Shown: positions 16,671-27,904, counted from the stretch's first letter. The stretch: DNA of 33,887 nt from Candidatus Heimdallarchaeota archaeon (GCA_019057635.1 DXJL01000160.1:1-33887), one strand, 5' to 3'. Numbers and translations: made by a program. Notes: generated by a model from the sequence alone, not told the origin.

Positions 16671-18836
16671 ATGAAGAAAATTCATAACGATGCCAAGGTG
16701 TTAATCCGCTCGTATATTGATAATGTTGAAGAATACTTGAAATCAACCTGTAAAATGCATCCAAATGAAATAGACTCACTACTAAATGAAATCAATGATT
16801 TTATGTTTATTCGAAGCAATGAGCTTGCCACAGGAGAAACGGTTTCACATTCAGACGTATTAGAAGCGATGGAAGAATGTGGTTCTCCCTCTGAAATATG
16901 TGACCAATATTTAGAATCAGAAAATGACCAGATCAGTCACCTAGATAAAACCAAGGCAAAATATGGATCAAAAAAAGCATCAGTAAAGAAACCACCCCTT
17001 TCCTTTCGTGGTTCTAAATCAAAAGTCTCCGCCGCATCCTCCTCCTCTACTAGTAATTATCGGGAGCAATTACGACAATATAAACTTTTTGCAATCTATA
17101 GGGTTATCTCTGCTTTTACCTTTATAATGCTAATTATAATGGTAGCAACAAGACCATTTGGAGATATTGGTGCAAGTTACTTTGATCTTTATGACGTAGA
17201 ATACTTCATTGACAATTCTCTCTCCCGTGGCGCTTTATGGGTACTTGCTTTTCTATTCTTCGAAGGATGGTTGATCCACAGATGGAAACAAAGGTTGTCA
17301 TTTAAAGGTTTTCTTCGAAGATTAGATGACGATTTTTTAATTATCATCGCAAGACTTGGATTTCTTGTTCTAATTTTTAAAGCCTCTTTATTACCCCTAC
17401 CTTGGAGAATTACCCCATTTTTCCCCTTGTTAATAGTTCTACAAATATTGTTGGAGAGACAATTAAAAACTCATTTTTGGATCAAAACTATTTCTCCATT
17501 CCTGATTAAAATTGCCCATTCAGTTGATACTGGCAATATTTTAGCAGACTTCAAACGAATACCTCATAATTGGCGTGATTCCTTTCAATATTATTCCAGA
17601 TATGAAAAGCTGATACTTTCCATTGGCGGGTCTTTTTTCCTATTTAGCTTGCTTTTCCCATGGGGGTATGGTTGGAATAGTGGATATTTTCGAGAAAATT
17701 TTCTCACAGCAAGATTAATGGGTGTGCTAAACATTCATCTGTTTGTAACGAGTGCAATTTTAATTGCTATGATCGTATTGAGCTTCTCAGACGATGGGGT
17801 TTCTCGCTCCAACCATAAATTGAATACTGTGAGTTTTTGGGTAGGTAGAATACTTGGGATTCGAACATTAATGATGGTTACTGCATATAATTACGATTAT
17901 TTCTCCTCTAGTATGTATATCTTTACTCCCCTCCTTATTCTGATATACGTGTTCTTTGAAACCACTGTTGGATTTCAAAGGCATTTAGCTGTAAAAAGAT
18001 CAATTGTTAGTGGACTTCAATATTTGGGTCAAGATCCTGCTTTGGTTTCATCACGTCACGAAATTCCAGAGACTCCTATCCCGGCCTCTCCATCTAATTC
18101 AGAAATTGTAACTGTTCCTACAATGGAAAGGTCTCAATCCTCCATGGAACCATCCAGAGAGGTGAGTGATTCAAAAACGCATAAAATTTTGAGGGGTTCC
18201 TATCAAACACTTCATACTTTAGCTTCAGCTTTGTATATAATTCTCACACCCGTATTTTCTTTCATAAAAGCCCTTGTTATTGCCCTCGTATTATTATTGG
18301 GCTCCGTGTACGAAGTTCTCCTCTTTCTTTTGATCTTACTTACTGGTACGAGTGTGGATGGTTCTTATGCTATTCCAACTTATTCTTTTGCTTCTGTTAA
18401 TAGTGGTGATTTGTATCAGATTGGAGGATTTACTATTTGGAGTTGGTATTTGTTAGGAGCGCTTACAGCTCAAATTTTCATTTTAGTCGTAATTGAATGG
18501 TTCCAGTTTGTTCGAAAGAAACCCGATGGAATTATAATTATTTTTTTCAGAAATTTCAGTCGACTTCTCATACTTGGCTTATTCTTAGGTTCCTGCTATC
18601 AAGTGATTACAGGTGATCTTTATGCGATGCCTCGTATTGTCATTATGATAGTCCTCGTCATATTTATGGAGCTTACCTCATTGAAAATCTGCCTAGAAAG
18701 AAGAAAATGGAGCAAAAATTTGTTAAATATCCCTGTTGGGTCAGTAACAGAACATGAAAAGACGCTTGATGTCACAAAAACAAGCAATATTATAGAAACA
18801 GGTAAAAAAAGTAGAAAGAGAGACAAAGAAGATTGA
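16671..18836 (+). CDS. Multi-pass membrane protein with N-terminal HAAS (DUF1700-like) domain
   Basis: YIDNVEEYL...EIDSLLNEI...EAMEECGSPSEIC followed by several TM blocks; 5 nt downstream of padR. Confidence 0.75.
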   Translation: MKKIHNDAKVLIRSYIDNVEEYLKSTCKMHPNEIDSLLNEINDFMFIRSNELATGETVSHSDVLEAMEECGSPSEICDQYLESENDQISHLDKTKAKYGSKKASVKKPPLSFRGSKSKVSAASSSSTSNYREQLRQYKLFAIYRVISAFTFIMLIIMVATRPFGDIGASYFDLYDVEYFIDNSLSRGALWVLAFLFFEGWLIHRWKQRLSFKGFLRRLDDDFLIIIARLGFLVLIFKASLLPLPWRITPFFPLLIVLQILLERQLKTHFWIKTISPFLIKIAHSVDTGNILADFKRIPHNWRDSFQYYSRYEKLILSIGGSFFLFSLLFPWGYGWNSGYFRENFLTARLMGVLNIHLFVTSAILIAMIVLSFSDDGVSRSNHKLNTVSFWVGRILGIRTLMMVTAYNYDYFSSSMYIFTPLLILIYVFFETTVGFQRHLAVKRSIVSGLQYLGQDPALVSSRHEIPETPIPASPSNSEIVTVPTMERSQSSMEPSREVSDSKTHKILRGSYQTLHTLASALYIILTPVFSFIKALVIALVLLLGSVYEVLLFLLILLTGTSVDGSYAIPTYSFASVNSGDLYQIGGFTIWSWYLLGALTAQIFILVVIEWFQFVRKKPDGIIIIFFRNFSRLLILGLFLGSCYQVITGDLYAMPRIVIMIVLVIFMELTSLKICLERRKWSKNLLNIPVGSVTEHEKTLDVTKTSNIIETGKKSRKRDKED

Positions 18837-18839
18837 GTC

Positions 18840-19583
18840 TTATTTTCGTCTCTTTTTAATTAGAATTGGAATGACAGTCAAAGTAGCTATGGAGACGAAT
18901 AATTCAAATCCAGGTATTTCATCACCATTTCCATTACTTATTTCTTCAGTTGTGGTTGCATCTGATTCCCAAGCAGAATCATCATTTGGATAATAATCCC
19001 AATAAGAGACTCCTGAAGTTGCGGATGCGGCGAATGATGTGCCGTCACTTGTCCAAGCCCAAATAGCGACTTCCCAGTTTCCTGAGTTTCCCAGATTGTC
19101 CCAATACGTACTATTTGTTACCCATGAGAGATTATTGCCTGCAATAACAGGATCATCATCCCCAGTACCAAATGTCCCGAAATCAGTAGTATCTTTCCAG
19201 ATCCACCAGAAAGCTTCAGCTGAACCACTTTCAAAACCCCCAGCATAAAACCATGCTCCAGCATCAGACCCCTGTTCTCCGTCTGTAACAAATGAAATCC
19301 ATACCCAGTATAGATGTGTCCCATCAAAAACAGGAGCGGCTTGGAAAGTAATTGATAATGTTACTTGATCTCCACTTCCTTCAACAGCCGCAGAAACAAT
19401 GTCAATGTCGTCTTTGTAGTCGCCGTTATCGTAATCATAACTTAACTGACTCCAACTAATTCTTTCTACGTCATTGGTAGAGTCTGTTCCAATAGTGGCA
19501 TTCGGAAAAGCACTAACAACCGTAATGGAAAGAAATAATAGTAGAAAAGATCCTATAGTCATGTGTCGCTTATTTATCTTCAT
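18840..19583 (-). CDS. Secreted protein with PGF-CTERM-like sorting signal
   Basis: Signal peptide; acidic Trp-rich domain; IPGFE, TM helix, KKRRK. Confidence 0.82.
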   Translation of the reverse strand: MKINKRHMTIGSFLLLFLSITVVSAFPNATIGTDSTNDVERISWSQLSYDYDNGDYKDDIDIVSAAVEGSGDQVTLSITFQAAPVFDGTHLYWVWISFVTDGEQGSDAGAWFYAGGFESGSAEAFWWIWKDTTDFGTFGTGDDDPVIAGNNLSWVTNSTYWDNLGNSGNWEVAIWAWTSDGTSFAASATSGVSYWDYYPNDDSAWESDATTTEEISNGNGDEIPGFELFVSIATLTVIPILIKKRRK

Positions 19584-19754
19584 AATTAATCTAAACCCAA
19601 TATTTAACTTCGATTTGAGAGTTTCTTTTCTTCCTCTCTAATCAGTATTTATGAACCTTACTAAACGAAAAAGCTACAACTGACCTTATTAAGAAATTAT
19701 GTCTGTTTTAGGCATAGAGAAGAAGTGTAGTCGTTTGGAATAAGGGGTTGTTCT

Positions 19755-19994
19755 TCATAATCCTAGTTCTTTTTTAATCAATGTTTTGAGTATTTTTTTC
19801 TCTAATTTTTGCTTGTTTGGGATTGATTTATCTCCCATAACTTTTTTCCCTACTTCTAACAACTGATCTTTTGCTATATCCTTTGCACCAGTTTCAGCGA
19901 TTATTTCTTTTACTGCTGCTTGTAATGCGGTACTCATCGCTTCTTTAACGGCCCCTTTTGCAGCCCCTTTCGCTAAACCACCAATTTTTTTCAT
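19755..19994 (-). CDS. Small Lys/Ala-rich hypothetical protein
   Basis: 79-aa ORF with GAGGA upstream; helical low-complexity sequence. Confidence 0.65.
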   Translation of the reverse strand: MKKIGGLAKGAAKGAVKEAMSTALQAAVKEIIAETGAKDIAKDQLLEVGKKVMGDKSIPNKQKLEKKILKTLIKKELGL

Positions 19995-20214
19995 ATAATC
20001 CTCTCTGAGAATTCTCTATCTTCCAATTCGGAAAATTAAATAAATTCAGGTGACGACTGAATTCTAGCGAATTTAAAAGTTCTCTTTCTGAGAAAATTCA
20101 GGATAGGAGAATTTTCTCTCTGCTTCTGTTTCATGTAGAAGTAAAGAATCTGAACAGAATTGCTTTTAAAGTCGAAATAATCGATAAATTCTTTACTAAG
20201 CCCAATTTCAAAAC

Positions 20215-20745
20215 TTAAATGTATGTTAATCGGCTATCATGGTGATGAAGTTGGACGAATTCGATATTCCTTGGCGAATGTCCTTCAGGTTCGAAGTGAC
20301 CTTCATAAAATTCATGGGGAAATAAGGCATTCAGGCCCCACGCAGCAATTTTATAAACGGGATGTTTTGTATCAAATATTGCTCTTGATATCGTACTCGT
20401 GAAATCTCTTGTTTGTTGTTCATCGATCACCCCAATCGAATGAATATATTCATGAAGGAGTAAATGGAATAAATAAGCTTTGTAGTGGGCTTTTGGGGTC
20501 TCTTCTCGCATTATTTGCAATACATTTCGATTAAGATAAATTTCGTTGGTCCCAACACGATGGTATCCTCCCACAAACCCTTGTGGATGGAATCCAAGAT
20601 CTTCTAATCCTAGTAAAATTCCTGAACGTGATTTTCTAAGCACATTGCTAACAATTCTTCTGATTAAATCGAAAAGTTGAGAATAGTTGTTGGGATCTAT
20701 TGCGTCATATTCATTATAGAACGAGCGAAGTAATGTTTTATCCAC
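20215..20745 (-). CDS. HExxH zincin-like hypothetical protein
   Basis: FVGGYH, EIYLN, HLLLHEYIHSIG; GTG start. Confidence 0.78.
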   Translation of the reverse strand: MDKTLLRSFYNEYDAIDPNNYSQLFDLIRRIVSNVLRKSRSGILLGLEDLGFHPQGFVGGYHRVGTNEIYLNRNVLQIMREETPKAHYKAYLFHLLLHEYIHSIGVIDEQQTRDFTSTISRAIFDTKHPVYKIAAWGLNALFPHEFYEGHFEPEGHSPRNIEFVQLHHHDSRLTYI

Positions 20746-20917
20746 AATTATTACCTATATAGCTATAAACACTCATCTTTTAATATGACTTGCTTTCGGC
20801 CATCGCAGATTCTTACAAAGGGAATGATTTTGATATTCGTAATCTGTCTATATACTCTTGATTAGATAAAAAGTAGAGAATGAGGGAAAAATTAACAATA
20901 ATTAACTCCATTAATCC

Positions 20918-22480
20918 TCATTCATCATCCGTTGAGTAAATGGTTTCAATTCCTTTTGGTTTAAAATTGGCTGATAGCGATCCAAAGTTACCTATCACTT
21001 GATCTTTCTCTGATCGTTCACGAAGCTCTTTAATTGTATTCAAATGAGTGGATTGCAGGTATGATACTGCTATTAATGATGCACCGACTAGTATTGAAGC
21101 AAGCAAAATCAAAAAGAGGCCTATTGTCCACAGAACTAGTAGAGCTATTCCAAAAAGATCTAATGAAAATCCAGCAACCTGTATTCCCTCTGTGGAGGTA
21201 GCTTGTCCAGCAAAACTTTCTGTGACTTGTACTGCAAGCGCTCCAAGGGATATTATCCCAGAAAATCCAATAATAATGCCTAGTCCATCTCTTAATATCT
21301 TTCCGAGAGGTTTTACCGCAACAATATCCCCCTGTGGACTTGATTTAATACGTTTGAATCCTCCCTCGTTAAAACTCCAGATCACTGGAAAGTAGAAGAG
21401 AAGAATTAGTAGAACAAACGGAGATAAGATTGGACTCCAAACAAGGGCGGTAACTTTGTTTTCAAATGGAGAATTTTGGACAAATAATATAGTTAAAATG
21501 GCTGCTAATGCCGTGGGGAAGAATAAAATATCGTAAGCTCTTTGTTTATATAATTCTCGGAGAGTAGATCGAACACCAGATAGATTGATGATATTTACAA
21601 AGCTCTCTTCAATATAATTCTCACCCTCGAAGTCAAAAAATGGAATAATATTAATTATTTTCCCTGTCTTGCCATTGAGCATTTTTAGAACCATATATGT
21701 CCAAAACCGTCCTCCGATTAACCTAACTATACGGAATAGGATCAATAAAAATGCAGTGAGGATACTTGCACCTCCACCTATTGCGACGGTGATGAGTAGC
21801 AAACTTCCTACGAAGAGAAATTCGTTTACGAAATTTTCACTGAGGGCAATAAGTATTTGTTTTAGCCAGTCGAGAATAGGTCTATTGCGTACGACATAAT
21901 AATTTCCTAAGATTTCCCCAGCACGATCAGCTCCAGTAGCGGTACTATCTGTGCTTCGCTGAAATATGGGAAATTCCTTTTGAGGTTGATAATGCGGAGT
22001 TAACTCGTTAGAATCAATATCAACCCATATCGCTTCACGAAACCCGATATCAACAGCATATTCTGTAAAATTGTTCGTCGATGGGTCATGATAGAAAAAG
22101 TTTAGGATTTCTACTTCTGAAAAGAAAGAAACCCATCCATTTGCTCTAACTTCCTCAAGCCGATAGGGTTTAAAGTCGGGAATGCGGATTCCACCCAAAG
22201 TATATACCAATAACTTACCCTCCTGATCAGAAATTGTTACATTTGGGAACCAATCCCCAGTTTCTTCATTAAAGTAATTCCAACTCTGCCAGTTGCCCAT
22301 ATCGTTACGAATGTCTCTAATCAATTGATTTTCTTGAATATTGTACGGAGTACTAGGAAGAATTGCCGCTGTTGTAATAAACATTGCACCTACAGTAGCT
22401 ATAATTGCTGAAAAAATCCAGATCACACAGAAAAATAGCACTTTTGTCTTAAAACGCATTTTTGATAAACGATAAACCAT
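20918..22480 (-). CDS. Hypothetical integral membrane protein with an extracytoplasmic domain
   Basis: N-terminal TM, ~180-aa soluble loop, several further TM helices. Confidence 0.75.
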   Translation of the reverse strand: MVYRLSKMRFKTKVLFFCVIWIFSAIIATVGAMFITTAAILPSTPYNIQENQLIRDIRNDMGNWQSWNYFNEETGDWFPNVTISDQEGKLLVYTLGGIRIPDFKPYRLEEVRANGWVSFFSEVEILNFFYHDPSTNNFTEYAVDIGFREAIWVDIDSNELTPHYQPQKEFPIFQRSTDSTATGADRAGEILGNYYVVRNRPILDWLKQILIALSENFVNEFLFVGSLLLITVAIGGGASILTAFLLILFRIVRLIGGRFWTYMVLKMLNGKTGKIINIIPFFDFEGENYIEESFVNIINLSGVRSTLRELYKQRAYDILFFPTALAAILTILFVQNSPFENKVTALVWSPILSPFVLLILLFYFPVIWSFNEGGFKRIKSSPQGDIVAVKPLGKILRDGLGIIIGFSGIISLGALAVQVTESFAGQATSTEGIQVAGFSLDLFGIALLVLWTIGLFLILLASILVGASLIAVSYLQSTHLNTIKELRERSEKDQVIGNFGSLSANFKPKGIETIYSTDDE

Positions 22481-22608
22481 TTTGGGAGACCTCTTTAGAA
22501 AATAATATTTGTACTATGTTCTCTTTCAGCTGTAATTTTTTTAATGTTCTTGAATACGTAGAGCTAGATTATGCTGAATTTCAATTAAACACTACGTATT
22601 TGTCTGAG

Positions 22609-23721
22609 TTAAGAAAGAAATTGAGTTAATACCGTTTGACCGCCTTGTTTCTTTAAACTCGAAACCCTCACGCCAATTAAACGTACTTTCTTTTGTGACT
22701 TTCTAAATTCATCCAATAAGTATCTGGTCTTACCCAGGATAGCGGATTCGTCATTAAGATAATTATTAAAACTAGAACTACGAGTATAGGTAACATAACC
22801 TTCGAAACGGATTTTAATACTAACAGTTTTAGTCAAGAGATGATATTCTTGAAGTCTACTAACCAGTTTAGAGGTGATTTCTTTTACTTTGGTGTTAATA
22901 ACCTTCCAATCATTTTGGTCTGTCCGAAATGTTCTCTCAGAGCTTATTGATTTTCTTTCCCCACGAAAATTTCCCACAGGTCGATAATTCTCACCATGTA
23001 CAACTTTCTGCAAGTGCAAACCATAATCTCCCAAGAGTAAAAAGATTTTCTCTCGAGTAGTGTTTGAAATATCTCCTATTGTCGTTAATCCTTTCCGAAT
23101 AAGCACTTGTTCGGTCTTTTTTCCCACTCCATTAATTTTTCTCACTGGTAAAGCATGAAGCTTGAGGGGAATATCAGCATTCGATACAATGGCAATACCA
23201 TTGGGTTTGTTAAGGTCGCTTCCAATCTTAGCTATGGATTTTGACTCAGCTATTCCAACCGAAATTGGTAAGGAGAGCTCATTCTGAATTCTGGTTTGAA
23301 TATCTTGAGCAACTGCTTTTGGTGTATCACCATACTTCTCCCAAACTTGTGTTAAGTCTAAATATGCTTCATCTAATCCTGCACTTTGAAAAATTGAGCT
23401 ATATTCTTTTAAAATTGCCATTACTTTCTTAGATTCTTTATGATAATTGGTGAACGATATCTCACGTCCCGAGCATATATATATTCCATCTGGACATTGT
23501 CGATACGCAGTTGAGATTGGCATGCCCGAATGGAGTCCGAATTTTCTTGCCTCATACGAACAGGTAGAGACTACACCTCGTCCTTTTCCTGCTTGGGGAT
23601 CTGAGCCAATAATTACAGGATAATTTTCTAGAAAAGGATGAATTTTCAGATGGACACTAGCAAAAAATGCATCTAAATCAACATGGGCAATAACATGCTT
23701 CCACACTCTCGTTACCGTCAA
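22609..23721 (-). CDS. dinB: Y-family DNA polymerase IV (DinB/Dpo4)
   Basis: HVDLDAFFASV, CSYEARKFG, AGLDEAYLD, SDLNKPNG, GVGKKT, RLIGVRV; C-terminal PIP-box-like QTVLTQF. Confidence 0.95.
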   Translation of the reverse strand: MTVTRVWKHVIAHVDLDAFFASVHLKIHPFLENYPVIIGSDPQAGKGRGVVSTCSYEARKFGLHSGMPISTAYRQCPDGIYICSGREISFTNYHKESKKVMAILKEYSSIFQSAGLDEAYLDLTQVWEKYGDTPKAVAQDIQTRIQNELSLPISVGIAESKSIAKIGSDLNKPNGIAIVSNADIPLKLHALPVRKINGVGKKTEQVLIRKGLTTIGDISNTTREKIFLLLGDYGLHLQKVVHGENYRPVGNFRGERKSISSERTFRTDQNDWKVINTKVKEITSKLVSRLQEYHLLTKTVSIKIRFEGYVTYTRSSSFNNYLNDESAILGKTRYLLDEFRKSQKKVRLIGVRVSSLKKQGGQTVLTQFLS

Positions 23722-23904
23722 ACACAGCGAGTTTCGAAAGATCTTATAAATATGTAAAACGCTCAGATTAAAGTAATTTTCGGTTTAATCTTGGAGATTT
23801 AAGTCAATTTCAGACACAGAAGTTAATTTTTCCCCTTTTTCAGAAGAGATAATGAGAGTTTAATAGAAATCGAATTTGTTACCCCAATTACTGGTTATAT
23901 TGTA

Positions 23905-24621
23905 TTAGACTCCCAAAATAGGTATTTCTTTGATAATAGTGAGCTCTTGTGATTCGATCGGATCATAATTACAAACAACTGCACACAGTTTTACTCCAGT
24001 TTTTTTTGCTATAACTAATGCCTCATAAAAATTGGGATCCATTTCTCTATAGGGAGTGAAATTAATGGCATCATTCCGTTTTGTTATAAACACAATTTCA
24101 GCGCTATAACCAACGGATAGTGCCTCCGTCAATTCCTTCACGTGTCGTGCGCCTCTTGCCGTTGGTGCATCAGGAAACATCGCAGTATGATTCTTAACGA
24201 GTGTTGCACTTTTCACTTCAATAAGGGTCTTTTTAGGTGCCGAGGGATTACTTTGATCTTCCATCAAAAAATCAAATCGTGACTTTTTAAATGTAAACTC
24301 TGATTTTAAGAGTTTAAAATCCCGATACCGTTCAATTTTTGCATAATCCTCTTTGAACAGCTGATTACTCAGTTGTGAGTCTATATTCACCCATATGGAA
24401 CCGGTTTTCACTCCAACGAGAGAAAATTTAGTTTTTCTTCTTGGATTATCACTTCTAGCAAGAAGAACCTCTACGGATGGAACTAAAAGCTCACGTAAAC
24501 GTCCAGGATCCGGAACATGAACATAGTGTTCTGTTTGTGACGGAATTTCGCGTACTCGAGCCAAAAATCTATTTGGTCTTTCAAGAAATTCCCCTAGAAC
24601 ATAATTTCCTAGACAACGCAT
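23905..24621 (-). CDS. sfsA: DNA/RNA nuclease SfsA
   Basis: RPNRF, HVPDPGRL, SRFDF, IEVKS, FPDAPTARGARHV. Confidence 0.95.
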   Translation of the reverse strand: MRCLGNYVLGEFLERPNRFLARVREIPSQTEHYVHVPDPGRLRELLVPSVEVLLARSDNPRRKTKFSLVGVKTGSIWVNIDSQLSNQLFKEDYAKIERYRDFKLLKSEFTFKKSRFDFLMEDQSNPSAPKKTLIEVKSATLVKNHTAMFPDAPTARGARHVKELTEALSVGYSAEIVFITKRNDAINFTPYREMDPNFYEALVIAKKTGVKLCAVVCNYDPIESQELTIIKEIPILGV

Positions 24622-24863
24622 TGTTTAACCCATTCTAGGTATTAGTTTTCTTAATTCCTTCGAACTTTGAGTAATTTACTGGGGTAATTCTTTACTCTAA
24701 ATTTATATTCTATATTAAGTTTGAGTGTTAGTTATAACTTCAATGGGAAATATTATTTAGGTAGTGAACTATAAAAATATTTAATTAACGAATTCAGAAA
24801 TTTTTCATAGAGTAGCAGAGGAATACAGAAGTATAGTACTGGTAGCTTCTCAAGGCTCGTAAA

Positions 24864-25472
24864 GTGAGCAAAATGAACAAGAAAATGAAAACCCTTGATC
24901 CTCAGGTAATCGATAAATTTAAGGCGATCCTGCAAAAATCCGTTTCCCTTGCGGAAGAAGGAGCTTATTCAAAAGCCATTTTGCTCTTAGAAGAGACTCT
25001 GAAAGAAGCAGCGAAATTGTCTGTTGTTCAACCTGAGATTGATGTTCAGAATGCTTTGGGTATTTTACATTGGAAAAACAATTCTTTTGAAAAGTTCCTG
25101 GAAATTACCGCTACTTCACTAGCAAATGCTCGTGTTCATAAGTACAAAAAAGGTACTGCTGAAGCTTTGTTAAATTTAGCTTGGGTCCTCGCAATGGAGA
25201 GAAAAGATTTCATCAAAGCTTTTGATTTTACCGAAGAAGCTTTGGAAGTGACTCAAAATATCGGTTATGTAAAGGGTATTGCTACTAGTTTGTACATCAT
25301 TTCAGCAGCGTATAAGTATAAAAAAATGGAAGACAAAGCCACTTACTATCTCGACAAATCTCTACAAATTTCAATGTCCTTAACTGGAGAATCCGATTTA
25401 TTAATACCCAGTAAAGAAGGCCTTTCAGAAAAGGAGAAAGATCAATTAAAAGATGCTTTAGATCTAATATAA
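24864..25472 (+). CDS. Tetratricopeptide-repeat protein
   Basis: Repeats NALGILH, AEALLNLAWV, ATSLYIISAAY. Confidence 0.8.
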   Translation: MSKMNKKMKTLDPQVIDKFKAILQKSVSLAEEGAYSKAILLLEETLKEAAKLSVVQPEIDVQNALGILHWKNNSFEKFLEITATSLANARVHKYKKGTAEALLNLAWVLAMERKDFIKAFDFTEEALEVTQNIGYVKGIATSLYIISAAYKYKKMEDKATYYLDKSLQISMSLTGESDLLIPSKEGLSEKEKDQLKDALDLI

Positions 25473-25616
25473 GCAGAGAAATAGAATTTTTTACCTTTTT
25501 CTATGGAATTTATATCCCATTGTTCCCAATATTATAAGAATTATTATTTTTTTGTACCTAATATATTATAAGTAGGGTGTATCAGTACATCATTCAATTA
25601 TTTTTCACTGAAAATT

Positions 25617-26774
25617 TTGAATTTGGACTATCTTAGGATGATTGGTACACACAGCTTAACGATGAATCAGAAGCGAGTGATCGTTGGTTTATGTTTGTAT
25701 CCGATAGATTCTGATTATGAAATTGCCCGAAAACTATCAGTAAAACGTTCAACATTCTCAACAATTAAAAAAGAACTTATTAGTTCATTAGCGATTCGAC
25801 CAGTGAATATTCCAAATTTCCTATCACTAAAAGCTGAAGTAATCGCATTAGAGTACTTTCATCTGAATCCTGTTATACTAGCGAGGTTGATGAAAAATCA
25901 ACCTTCCAGTCTACAAGAACGCATTCAACACTTTCCAAACATCGTTTCGTCTACTATTGATACTCATGGTGGATTTTCGCTTCTAATTAGTAAATCATTA
26001 ACTGATGTGACATTGGCACATAAAACACTCGCCGGATTTTGTTATGAATCTGGTTTATCCAATCCACATAATTTCCACCTATATACTGCTCCTTCTACGG
26101 AACAGGGGGTGATAAATTTCATGGAATACGGAAAACAACTTGCATCAGTTTGGGGAATTCTGATTGAAGAGAAAGACTCGACTTCTCCTCTATTATGTTC
26201 TAGTGAAGATGTAATTGACCAAATATCTCCCGTAGGGTGGAAAATTTTCAATAATTTAATTAATAACCCAAGTAAATCGATAATTGAGCTAACAGAAATT
26301 GTTGGTAAACCTAGGAATACAATTGCTCGCTGGGTGCAATTTTTTCTAAGAAATAAACTCTATTTTACCCGATACATACCCAAATTAGTGATGCTTGGTA
26401 TGAAAATACAGGTAGTATATTTCATTTCGATAAAAGGGCTTAATGACAAAGATAGGAAACATTTAATTGAAAGTGTGCAATACAATATGAAACCATTCAA
26501 TCTCTTTGTTAGTCACAGAGAAATAGTGATAATTTCTGTATCGAAAGATTATTCTAGTTTCCGTAAAGATGAGAATGCCTTCATAAAAACCATTCGTAAC
26601 ACTACGAATACCCCCTATCAAATAAAAGACAGAATAGTGACCTCGACAGGAAATTTATCACTTGTTAAAGATTTTCATCGCTCATTAAATCCACTTTTGG
26701 AGTATTTAAAAGCTTCAGAGAGGTATAACTTGAAGCCATTCAATAAAAATACCGTAATCAAGAATTCTATTTGA
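25617..26774 (+). CDS. Double-HTH Lrp/AsnC-like regulator (paralog A)
   Basis: SDYEIARKLSVKRSTFSTIKK and SIIELTEIVGKPRNTIARW; start uncertain. Confidence 0.72.
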   Translation: MNLDYLRMIGTHSLTMNQKRVIVGLCLYPIDSDYEIARKLSVKRSTFSTIKKELISSLAIRPVNIPNFLSLKAEVIALEYFHLNPVILARLMKNQPSSLQERIQHFPNIVSSTIDTHGGFSLLISKSLTDVTLAHKTLAGFCYESGLSNPHNFHLYTAPSTEQGVINFMEYGKQLASVWGILIEEKDSTSPLLCSSEDVIDQISPVGWKIFNNLINNPSKSIIELTEIVGKPRNTIARWVQFFLRNKLYFTRYIPKLVMLGMKIQVVYFISIKGLNDKDRKHLIESVQYNMKPFNLFVSHREIVIISVSKDYSSFRKDENAFIKTIRNTTNTPYQIKDRIVTSTGNLSLVKDFHRSLNPLLEYLKASERYNLKPFNKNTVIKNSI

Positions 26775-26791
26775 TGGGATGGATAATCTGT

Positions 26792-27904
26792 ATGAAAAAT
26801 GAGTCAGATTTAGAAGGTGGATTAAGTGAACGAGAGCAACTCGTGATGGCCTACCTTGTACAATATCCAGATATTCCAGATTTCGAACTTGCATCAAAAA
26901 TCGGCATCAAACGTTCCACATTCTCAACCATAAAAAAACGGTTAAGGGCCAAAAAGTACTATGCACATGTTTATTTACCTAATGTGGCATATCTCAATAT
27001 AGAATTTATCACCCTCAATATACGAGTCATATCGGAATTATCTTCCTATTATGCTGTATCTGATTCATCTGATGAAAAAAAGTCAGTTGATTTTCTAGAC
27101 ATTCTAAAAAAGTCCAATAGACTTCTGTTTTCAGCCGTTGAGAGTAACCTGGCGTTATCTTTAAGCTGTTATGAAAATTATAATAAATTTGAAGAAATAT
27201 CGGATCAACTCGAAAACAAACTATTGAATTTGGGAATAAATTTCAGTTTCCAACAAGAATTACATTTTCCCATTCGATTATCAGAATTTCCAAGATTTCT
27301 TGATTATTCTAAATCATTATTCAGACATTTTGGTTTAAGCTTCGAAGAAAAACTAGAGAAACCTATTTTTCTACCCCCCCAAGATCCAAAACTGAGAATA
27401 ACACAAGTAGGACAAGAAATCCTCTATTCTTTTCTCGAAGCGCCAGGACGAACTCCAAGGGAAGTATCTCAATTAACTGGAAGACCAAGGACGACTACTA
27501 CAAGGTGGTTGAAAAAATTTGTTGATTCAGGAGTAATAGTACCCCGATTATTTCCCAACACTAAGAAGCTAGGGTTTAATATACTTCTTCTTTGCCGCTA
27601 CTGTATCATTTCATCTCAGGCCTCAACTATTGAGAGGTCACTGAGCCTTATTGATAAAGTGCTAACTCCAATTATTTTGATGAGATTTGGGTTTGATGTC
27701 ATAGTAACGGCAGTTTTTAGCTCTTTTGAGGAAGCTATATTGGCTGAAACTCATTTAATATCCTTAATGAGTGACAATGATATTCTGTTTGATGTAGAGT
27801 ATCGAAACTTCCTTTCACTTCCTCATACAATCACTACACTTGATTACATGGATTCTTTTATGCCAATCCTGACATTTTTAGGTGAAACAGAACAAACAAG
27901 TTGA
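26792..27904 (+). CDS. Double-HTH Lrp/AsnC-like regulator (paralog B)
   Basis: PDFELASKIGIKRSTFSTIKK and PREVSQLTGRPRTTTTRW...KKLGF; start probably MKNE. Confidence 0.72.
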   Translation: MKNESDLEGGLSEREQLVMAYLVQYPDIPDFELASKIGIKRSTFSTIKKRLRAKKYYAHVYLPNVAYLNIEFITLNIRVISELSSYYAVSDSSDEKKSVDFLDILKKSNRLLFSAVESNLALSLSCYENYNKFEEISDQLENKLLNLGINFSFQQELHFPIRLSEFPRFLDYSKSLFRHFGLSFEEKLEKPIFLPPQDPKLRITQVGQEILYSFLEAPGRTPREVSQLTGRPRTTTTRWLKKFVDSGVIVPRLFPNTKKLGFNILLLCRYCIISSQASTIERSLSLIDKVLTPIILMRFGFDVIVTAVFSSFEEAILAETHLISLMSDNDILFDVEYRNFLSLPHTITTLDYMDSFMPILTFLGETEQTS

